From the human T2T-CHM13v2.0 reference genome, Homo sapiens, in NCBI RefSeq assembly GCF_009914755.1, contig NC_060935.1: a DNA stretch of 64,000 nt; one strand, written 5' to 3'. The translations under genes were made by a program, and so were the position numbers. The notes beneath the pieces are model-generated. The model was not told where the DNA came from. It ran no database searches and worked only from the letters and a program-made list of their open reading frames with translations. Numbering within the stretch: position 1 is the stretch's first letter; every line of letters begins with the position of its first letter. Below are positions 54,892 through 64,000 of the stretch, piece after piece.

Positions 54892-55203
54892 TGGACACAC
54901 TTGGTTCCTCACAAAGCCAAGCCCGCTGCAGCTGCCACATCCCTGGACACACTCGTTTCCTCACAAAGCCAAGCCCGCTGCAGCTGCCACATCCCTGGAC
55001 ACACTCGGTTCCTCACAAAGCCAAGCCCGCTGCAGCTGCCACATCCCTGGACACACTCGTTTCCTCACAAAGCCAAGCCCGCTGCAGCTGCCACATCCCT
55101 GGACACACTCGTTTCCTCACAAAGCCAAGCCCGCTGCAGCTGCCACATCCCTGGACACACTCGGTTCCTCAAAAAGCCAAGCCGGCTGCAGCTGCCACAT
55201 CCC
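54892..55203. repeat. 52-bp minisatellite, 6 copies
   Basis: Unit TGGACACACTCG(G/T)TTCCTCACAAAGCCAAGCCCGCTGCAGCTGCCACATCCC. Confidence 0.95.
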
Positions 55204-55576
55204 TGGGTTTATGATGCAGCAGGTGCTTTTTTCAAGACAGGAATCAAAGTGTTAGGAACATGGCAGAAAGGTGACACCTGGAGACCAAATGCAGGGTAAG
55301 GAGTACTGCAGAGGTCACAGGGAAGTCACAGAACAGTAATACGCTAGCAGGGGCATGGGGCGTGAAGAACAGAAGACAGGAAGCGTTTCAGAGACTCCAA
55401 AGAAGAAATCAGGGCCAACCACAGCTTCCCGAGTCATTCACCAGGTGGCACCACTGCCTTCATTTCAGCTTCCGGCCACTGGGAGGCGCTGCTCGAAAGG
55501 GTTTGCCCTGAGACACCAAGAAGAAGCTGCGGGAAGGACAGCAGGGGCCCTGGGGTTTTAGCCTCTGGCCCAGGAG

Positions 55577-55732
<156 letters not shown>

Positions 55733-56076
55733 TTACTTCATTGCCTGTCCCCACCCCATCCCAGGTCACCACCTGGCTGAACCCAGGTCCCCGACCCAAC
55801 AACAACCCCTCCCAAGTCCCTAACTCCCTCACTTGGACTTGAGACCCTTCACAACCCAGCAGCGCTCCGCCTCCAACTTGACATCATGCTTTCTGGAAAC
55901 TTCCCCGTGTGTCCCACTTTCCCACACTTGGTGCGCTGGAGCACCTTCCGGCCTCTACATGCTGTACGTTCCCCTGTGAGCACCCTCCTCTCAGCCTCTG
56001 GCCAACACAGTCCCACCCATCTGTGGGTAACAAGGGGGTGTGGGTGTTCTTTTCAGCCTTGCTAAACTGTCTGAAT

Positions 56077-56290
56077 CAAGGATCACAAACTACAGCCTGC
56101 AGGCCAAATCCAGCCCACAGCCTGTGTTTGTAAATAAAGCTTTATTGGAACAAAGCCACACCCCTTAATCTACAGATGATCTGTGGCTACTCTCACACCA
56201 CAACAGAGTACCATGGTTCTGACAGAGACTGGGGAACCCAGTCTAAATGACTTCTGACCTGGACCTTTACTGAAAATCCTCCCAATCATT
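56077..56290 (+). mobile_element. MER58-like DNA transposon, supplies AATAAA at ~56133
   Basis: AAACTACAGCCTGCAGGCCAAATCCAGCCC..GTAAATAAAGCTTTATTGGAACA. Confidence 0.7.
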
Positions 56291-56700
56291 CTGTTGACAA
56301 GAATGATGTATTACTTTTTGCAATAAGAAACAAGTAACCTTTGCAGAATTCCACCCATCTTTCAAGGCTGGTCCCAGAAGTTCCCTTTGCCCACGCACCT
56401 ACCTGATCCTGATCACTTCCTAAACTGCAGCCTGGCCCACCCGGCTCCAGCATCATTTGTGGAGTGTCAGCTCCATAAATCCAGAGGGCAGGTGGGGTTG
56501 TGTCCTAACTTTCCCGAGCCTACTGTACTGAAATGGGACAGCAGAGTAGGCCAGCCTCTGTGACTTCTGCTCCCTCACTAGCTTTTCCACCAGACCCCCC
56601 ATGGTACAACCCTGTCTGTGGGAAGCAGGGATCAGGGATTGTGGCTCGGTGCCAGTCTCCAGAACCCTGCCCACCCTGGCGTGGTGGCAGACATGGCTAC

Positions 56701-56776
56701 CTGCAGCTGAGCTGCCAGTTCCTCTGAGTCCTCAAAGACCAGGCCATTTTCTTCATGTTTCACCAGCTCATGTAAG
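56701..56776 (-). pseudogene. ALG1L: ALG1-like pseudogene exon
   Basis: [25 protein letters not shown]; AG/GT on minus strand. Confidence 0.9.
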
Positions 56777-57504
56777 CTGCAGAGAGAACCAAGGGAGCCT
56801 GAGAGCTGCCTGGAGAAGACACCAGACCCCTGGGGTGTCCAGCTTGTCTCCCACCCACCCACGCTCAAGCCAGGCTGGGGGTTGGAACAGGATGTGTGGT
56901 TTCTGGGAGCTGGTTCTTAGATTTGGCATCTGAAGGGTATAAAGGCCTGGGGGTGCACATCAAAATGGCCAAACCGATTTGAGGAGGGAGCCTTAAGGAA
57001 GGTTTGTACCTTCTGTGCTGGATGCTCTTCAAGTACTGAAGAATTATTTTTGCATGTTTTTCTTAATTCCATGGCCATGGAACAAGTAAACGCAACCCCC
57101 TGGGGACTGGTTCAGCACATAAAAGATGACTTTTCTAGGACACCAGATTTGATCCCGACATTCCCTGAGCTCAGCTCACACGAGGGGCTCGCACCCCTGA
57201 ATCCCATCCAGGAGCCGGCTCCTGAGCAGGGGCCAAGGGCTCAACTTGTGCTGGGGCTACTGCTTCTAGAATCTCCTCTAACGCCACCCTTCCAAACACC
57301 CGTCTATGCTGGGTGGAGTGAGGCCACAGCATGACATTCATTTAACTGATTCAAACCCACCATGTGAGCTTGGCCAAAAAGGACATGGTGGGAGAGAAAA
57401 ACAAAGAAAACCATGTAAGCCTGCAGGCAATTCCCTCCAATTCTACTCTAGGAGCAAAAGCCCTGAGTGGAGTTCTAGTATTTAAGGTGCTTTCTTTTTT
57501 CACA

Positions 57505-57571
57505 TTAGGCTGGTGCAAAAGTTATTGCATTTTTAATGGCAAAAACCGTGATTACTTTTGTACCAACCTAA
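57505..57571. mobile_element. MADE1 (Hsmar1 MITE), palindromic
   Basis: TTAGGCTGGTGCAAAAGT ... ACTTTTGTACCAACCTAA inverted termini. Confidence 0.8.
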
Positions 57572-57778
57572 ATATAACATGAGCTCTAAATGGAAGCGAC
57601 TACTTCAGTGAGTCTCAGCCCAGCCACAGTAACCGCAGGGCTCCTCCTCATGGCCTCCAGTGTGTGCTGGACTGACCGAGGGGCAGGGCCTCACTGTGGG
57701 CAGCTCACTCTACACTGCTTCCCCCTCAGCGGTGGATCTGTGAAGCTATCCCCAGAAAGATTCGGGTTCTGCTCCTAC

Positions 57779-57893
57779 CACTTGAAGTTCACAGCACACG
57801 CAGGCAAACAGCTCCTGAACATGTCCACCACCTTCATGGGCAGGTCCAGGCCACTGGAGGATGTGTCCAGACAGACACCCAGGTCCACCGACC
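57779..57893 (-). pseudogene. ALG1L: ALG1-like pseudogene exon
   Basis: [34 protein letters not shown] (GT-B glycosyltransferase motif); AG/GT. Confidence 0.9.
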
Positions 57894-58107
57894 CTGCTAG
57901 GCAAGAGGGGTGGGTTAGAGCGCTGGTCTCTGCCCTGGGAACAAAAATCCTCCCAGCAGAGTGAGACAACATCCCCCAAGGGGAGTGAAAATTGGATAAG
58001 GCCCCCGACATCCCCAAGCACAAGTGGCTTAAGCTGGCCACGCAGCCACACGGCCTGGCTGGGACATCTGAAAATGTAAGTTGACACATTTTCTACATAA
58101 CCACAAT

Positions 58108-58902
58108 TTGTTTTTTGTTGTCGTTGTTTTGTTTTGTTTTGTTTTGTTTTGTTTTGTTTTGTTTTGAGACAGAGTCTCACTCTGTCACCCAGGCTGGAGT
58201 GCAGTGGCACAATCTCAGCTCCCTGCAACCTCCACCTCCCAGGTTTACCTCCTGTCTGTAATCCCAGCATTTTGGGAGGCCAAGGCGGGTGGATCACCTG
58301 AGGTCAGGAGTTCAAGACCAGCCTGGCCAACATGGTGAAACCGCATCTCTACTAAAAAAAAATACAAAATTAGCGAAGCGTCATGGCAGGTGCCTGTAAT
58401 CCCAGCTACTCAAGAGGCTGAGGCAGGAAAATCGCTTGAACCTGGGAAGGCAGAGGATGCAGTGAGCCAAGATCGCGCCATTGCACTCCAGCCTGGGCTA
58501 CAAGAGCGAAACTCCGTCTCAAAATAATAATAATAATAATAATAAACCACATCACACCCACCACAAACCAGCTGTCAGTGTGAAAATAAAGCCAAATAGC
58601 TTAACATTTCTAAAGACTAGCTGGGGCCAGGCATGATGGGTCAGGCCTGGAATCCCAGCACTTAGGGAGGCCAAGGCGAGAGGATCACTTGAGGTCAGGA
58701 GTTCAAGACCAGCCTGGCCAACATGGTGAAACCCTGTCTCTACTAAAAATACAAAAATAAGCCAGGTGTTGTGGCGGGCTCCCATAATCCTGTAATCTAC
58801 TTGGGAGGCTGAGGTGGGAGAATCGCTTGAACCCAGGAGGCGGAGGTTGCATGAACTGAGATCGTGCACTCCAGCCTAGGCAACGGAGCAAGACTGTCTA
58901 AA
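58108..58902. mobile_element. Alu cluster (partial - arm abutting + Alu at ~58250; + Alu 58625-58902)
   Basis: Alu consensus, (GTTTT)n tail. Confidence 0.8.
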
Positions 58903-59450
58903 AGACAGTCTTGTCTTTTAGCTGGAGAATCCTGCCAGGAAAAGACCCTCAGCCGCCAAGTGCTCTGCTCACTCGAAGCTGGAAGATGCGGCTCTAGAGA
59001 CGCATCAGGACCAAGCCACGACTCCCAACTTGGAGAAATCAACGGGGAAAGAGACGGAGACAAAGAAGAACCATCTCACTGGGAGAGGCGATGCTGTTTG
59101 ACACATCGTCCCTGTACCTCCCAAAGCCACTGTCCTCCCACACCTGGGCAACAGTGGCCTCAACCCCAGGCCCAGCCCTCCTGCAGGAAGGAAGAGGACT
59201 GAATGGAGGGCGTGGCAGGATGAAAGGACGTGGCCTCCTCAAACCCATTGGTAAAGGGCCTCTGGGGCCACCTGGCTAAGAGGGGCTGGCAGACCAGGAA
59301 GTGGCCTCCTCCCGGGAGTTGAGCCAGAGCCCAGGTCCTGTCCCCAAGTGGCCTCCAGAGCCACCTTTTCAGAAAAAGTACATCCTGCCCACCCCTGCTC
59401 CCCCTGCTTAAGGCCCCACCTCCTCCCTGAGCCTCCTGCTGGCCTCTCAC

Positions 59451-59561
59451 CTAGAAGCGGGGGTAGTCCTCGGCCCTCCAGCCAAGGGGTGCAGACCTGG
59501 ATGTGCTGGAAATGCTTCTGGTGGATGAGGCGACTGTAATACTCCCTCAGAGGCCCTTTGC
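59451..59561 (-). pseudogene. ALG1L: ALG1-like pseudogene exon (most 5' ALG1 exon present)
   Basis: [29 protein letters not shown]; AG/GT. Confidence 0.9.
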
Positions 59562-59702
59562 CTTCACAGAGAAGAGCACACACTGCCATGGACCCGTCTC
59601 TGTCCCTGCCACATGACCCCAGGCTCAAGACACTCCCCCCTAGGAGGGATCCTTTTCCCAGAAGCTCCACCCCTTGGCAGCTCCAGTCAGGCCCCATCTG
59701 AC

Positions 59703-59907
59703 TGGGAGGGGAACAACACACACTGGAGCCTGTCTGGGGGTGAGTGGGGAGGGAGTGCATCAGGATAAATAGCTAATGCATGTGGGCTGAATACCTAGGT
59801 GATGGGTTGATAGGTACAGCAAACCACCATGGCACACATTTACCTATGTAACAAACCTGCACATCCTGCACATGTATCCCAGAACTTAAAATGAAATAAA
59901 ATAAAAT
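59703..59907 (+). mobile_element. L1PA 3' end
   Basis: GGGAACAACACACACTGG..TAGGTGATGGGTTGATAGG..AACCTGCACATCCTGCACATGTATCCCAGAACTTAAA + A-rich tail. Confidence 0.85.
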
Positions 59908-59977
59908 TTTAAAAAACTTTATTTTGTCTAAAATTCCAAAATGCAGGGATTACAGGCGTAAGCCACCGTGCCTGGCC

Positions 59978-61145
59978 CTGTTTTAACATATCTGAACAAG
60001 ATTTAAGACATCAGTTTGAAAAGAGCCCCTCTATGGCAGCAACATGAATTCTGTCAAACCTGAAGCAAGAACAAACATCAAATTTACGGTGAAGCTGGGG
60101 TACAAAAAATGGTGAAATAAATTATTCTTTATGAAAAGTGTACGGGAAAAATAACCTGAAGAATCAGTCATTTACAAATGGATACCTTATTCTAAGAAGA
60201 GATAATACAATGTTGAAGATGAAGTCAACAGAGGAGGGACATCCATACCAATTTTTGAGAAAAAAAATCGTTTCTATGCCCTAATTGAGGAGGATTGACA
60301 ATTAGCAAGAGATACTATAGCCAACACCACAGGCATCTCAATTGGTTCAGCTTACACAATACTGACTATAACGTGAAAGTTGAGAAATTTTACATTTGAT
60401 GAGTCCCAAATACCCTTGTGCCTAGATCAGCAGTGGACAAAAGCAGAGCTATTAGTAACTATTTTGAGCAAGCGGAATCAGATCCTGAAGCATTATTTTG
60501 AAGAATTATAACAGGGAGTGAAACTGGCTTTATCAATAAGATCCTGAAGACAAAGCACAATTCAAGCAATGGCTACCAAGAGGTAGAAGTGGTCCAGTCA
60601 AAGCAAAAGCAAACTTCTCAAAAGCAAAAGCCATGGAGGTTTTGGGGATGCTCAAGGCATTTTGCTGGTTGACTTTCTGTAAGATCAAAGCACCATAACA
60701 TCTGCTTACTAGGAGAGTTCTTAGAGAAAATTAGCAAATACTTTTGCAGAAAAGCGCCCTGTAAAGCTTCACTAGAGAGTCCCTCTGCACCACAACAACA
60801 CTTCTGTTCCTTCCTCTCATCAAACATGGGTAATTTTGCAAGAGTTTTCATGGGAAATTATTAGGCATCAACATTACAGTCCTGATTTGGTTTCTTCTGA
60901 CATTTTTTCCCTAATCTTAAAATAACTGTAAAGGGCACCCATTTTTCTTTAGTTAATAATAGAAGACTGCATTGACACGGTTAAATTCCCATTACCCTCA
61001 GTTCTTTAGCAATGGAATGAATGGCTGGGATCATCGCTTAATGGAGTGTCTGGACCTCAGTAGAGCTTAAATTGAGAAATAAAGTTTATATTTATATTTT
61101 TATTGTTAATTCCATTTTTCACTGACATTTTTAAATCCCATCACA
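59978..61145 (+). mobile_element. Hsmar2 mariner transposon remnant (dead transposase 60044-61082)
   Basis: MNS.K.EARTNIKF.VKLG, ITGSETW-like, DPEDKAQFKQWLPRG, YSPDL motifs with many frameshifts/stops; 5' TIR missing. Confidence 0.85.
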
Positions 61146-64000
61146 ATTCACGTTTGTCTCAAAGGTATTTAAATTTAGAAATCATATCAAGTGTGAAATA
61201 AAGAAAATTGTATATAGAGAGAGAGAACAGAATCTATAAATATGCATGTTTGTGTACATACATCCATATACATACATATGTGTGTGCATGCAGTAATTTT
61301 ATTCTCCTAAAGCAATGCCTCTGCCTTCCACCCTCACTGCACATGTCCTAGTCCTGTGATGTCCCTGGAACTGAGCACCTGATTTCCTTCTCTGCCTCCC
61401 ACATGAACAGGGAATAGAAATGGAAACCACGCTCTGTGGTTGCTGTTGTGAAAATCCATGTTCCCCACAGGCTGAGTTTGGCATCTTACATTCTAGTTCC
61501 CATTGTAAAAAAGCAAGCAACAAACAAAAACTACAAAAGAAAAAATGAAATAGTTGAAAGTCTAGAGCCACAGAGGTTCCAGATCCACCCACCGCCAACG
61601 GTGACCTCCACAGCCCTCCAGGCCTGAGGGCAGTTATGCCTGAACAGCCTGCCTCTTCACCATCCACGCAGGAAAGTGACTTTAAACTTCAATAGCTATT
61701 ACTCTGTTCCACAAGGAATCAGGTCAACATTCAAAGTCGGTGGTCTGACAACTCTAAGCTTTGGCCGGAAAGTGTTGGAAACATTTAACGTGCAGTGGAT
61801 GAAGCAGCCCGGCCCCACTGCACACAACACACTCACAGGGACTCAAAGGAAGAGACTCAGGATCCGCTGGGTGGAAGTGAGGACAGACCCAGAAACACAG
61901 GGGGTGGGAGGGGGTCAAACCAGGAAGGCTCAGGACCTGACCTCCTCCTAGGCCCTGCCCCTCTAGAACTCACAGTTTTTTCTGACCCAGAAGTGGATTT
62001 CACTGATGGAAAAGAAGTTCAGTATTTCTGGTCCAGCCCAGTAAGCTGCTCCCATTGCCCAGCCTTCCACACCCCTGCAGACGTCACAATCCCTGAACCC
62101 ACTAACCTGACAAGGGAGCTATGCATCACCTGGAGACAGTCCTAGGCCTGCACTCCTGTGATGGGGTCCAGGGTCTGTGTCCATTTCTGGTTAAAATTGC
62201 TGTAAGGCTGGTGGCTGTCTTGGCCTTCCCTGCTTCCTTTCTGTTCTCTTCTCCCCTCCTCACCCCATGTGAAGTTTTTACTCAGGAGATGGATTCTCAC
62301 CCCTCTTGGAACATCAAGGATAGTGCCAGAACACTGCACCATCCCCTTGACCCTGGGATTCTGTAGACCTCAGTCTTCTCCTGAGGTCCCCTCCCTCCCT
62401 ACCTCATTTTTTTCCATACTTCTGGGGCCTGGGCCTGCTACACCTCAGGCTTCCTCTTCACAGTAACAGAGTGAGGGAGCCCCCTTCATCCTTGGGCTCT
62501 GGCCACAGCTCACCTGCTGCAGGACACTCAGCAGCTTTCAGTAGTTCATCCAGACATCCAGTTGGAAGTGGGATTTCCTGGAAGGAAAGCAGGAACCCAG
62601 AATTACACTGAATTCTAACACCAGGGCCCAGATTCCCCTTCTGCATGGGACACTAAGCTGCAAACACTACATAGGCACTTAATGCTCAGCTGTCCTTCTA
62701 ACATCTGGTCCAGTTGTGTCCCTCCTCCTTGGAATATCTCAGAAAATGTATCTCCACCTACAGTTGTTTGAAAGCATCATCCTATGTGATTCCAGACCAT
62801 CAGGGGGTGCAATGGGTCCTCACCAGTATTTCCACTCTGCTTGGAAGACTTAGAAAATCCTGAGGCTGCTCAGAGGGTCAGATTCCCATCTCTGTGTTTC
62901 TGTAAAACTTCAGTCTTCCCCAGACAAGTGAGGAGACAGAAAATGTCTAGTCTCTGGCACATCTTTTGCAAGCAATGGCGGCTCCCAGGAATCAAAACTA
63001 TCAACGAATATATTTTTGAGATTCTGGTCAAAAGAAGTCATCCTGCAATTTCAGGTAGGATGAAGTGGTTCTGTGGCTCCTGAGGTGATTTTGAAAAGAT
63101 CTTGACTCTCAGAAGGACCAAGGAGGACATTTCTGGCATTTCCAGACCAGGAAGAGTGACTGATGGACCTCCAGTGTTACTTGGAAAACTTTTTGTCGGA
63201 CAGCTTTGTAATAAGAGGATCTTGCTTTGGCTTTCAGGCCTTCACATAGGTTGTTTAGATCATGGAAGTGTTTCTGCATTTCTGCATAGGCTCAGGATGC
63301 CTTCTCAAGTCGTCCCTGCAATTATGAGACAGTTGCTTTCTCCAGAGGTCACTTAGAATAATACAAGAGGCTTCACTCTCAAAGGGACACCAGACAATAT
63401 AGCCACAGTCCAGCCACGATTATCTGTATTTACATACCTGTAAAGTAACACTCCTAGTTATCTCCATTAACTTGGACATCTTTCATGAATAGGGAAACTC
63501 TAGTGATTGTTATATAACAGCTGCCACAAAAATTAATCAATAAAAAGAAATGATAAATGAAAAATAATTAATAATCATGATAATGAATTCAATGACCTAA
63601 ATAGTATGAATTTTAATACTGGTGACAATATAAACATAAGGATACAAAAATTAATGTGGAGCTTCCCCTAAATATATGAAAACTTCACAAATTGTGTCCT
63701 CCTTGTGTAATTTGGAGTCAGAGTCAAAGAATTTCTCTATGAAATGTGTTCCATGATGGCAAACATCAAAAACAGCAGGTGAAAGAAAAGCAAGCCGCAG
63801 GAGACCATGGGCTAATATGAACATTTGTGTGCAAACCTCTCTCATCAAGAACTACCAGCCAGAGGTGAAGGGACTGTGATTTGTGTCCTGCCCACCACTG
63901 GGCACACAAAAGCTTTCAGTAGTGCAACCAGATGGCTGGTTTGGCCTGGCTCCCTGCAAGGAAGACACGTCTCTGATCCCCACCAGCCCATCAGTCCTGG

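Noticed and set aside
54848-55299. Three overlapping repetitive ORFs, or a CRISPR-like array
   Set aside because: They arise from the stop-free 52-bp tandem unit; there are no unique spacers and the DNA is primate.
60044-61082. Active or domesticated mariner transposase
   Set aside because: Multiple frameshifts and stops, degenerate catalytic motifs and a missing 5' TIR.

Overview
This is human (hominoid) genomic DNA from an OR7E-type segmental-duplication block derived from the 16p13.3 EEF2KMT(FAM86A)/ALG1 locus. The spliced reading frame MAPEENAGSELLLQSFKRRF...TESTWRWQS (165 aa) matches FAM86C1(P) as I recall it, so the window is probably 11q13.4; that placement is an inference. From left to right: (1) 1-7605, a HERV-H provirus 3' part carrying a nested HERV-E (pol-env-3'LTR) and a MER11 solo LTR. 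(2) An Alu/MLT/MER-rich stretch with an ERV1 LTR fused to a HERV-K(HML-2) env fragment (18-19.7 kb) and an internally deleted LTR5_Hs solo LTR (22.1-22.8 kb). (3) Decayed ENPP7-like exons (27.0, 35.0 and a probable terminal TM exon at 36.7 kb) around an Alu>MER41>LTR12 nest. (4) A CpG-island promoter and 8 FAM86 exons (42.4-54.6 kb); the methyltransferase exons are disabled and the last two exons are open in an alternative frame. (5) A 52-bp VNTR and four 3' exons of an ALG1-like pseudogene on the minus strand. (6) An L1 3' end, a Hsmar2 mariner remnant and possible unrelated minus-strand exons. Most ORF-track entries are Alu/LTR or chance ORFs. I see no evidence of a wholly new biological system. 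The best leads are the apparently ancient ENPP7 paralog relic, the overprinted FAM86C tail and a GG>AG hypermutation footprint in HERV-E. Repeat subfamily names come from recalled consensus sequences and need RepeatMasker/Dfam confirmation.
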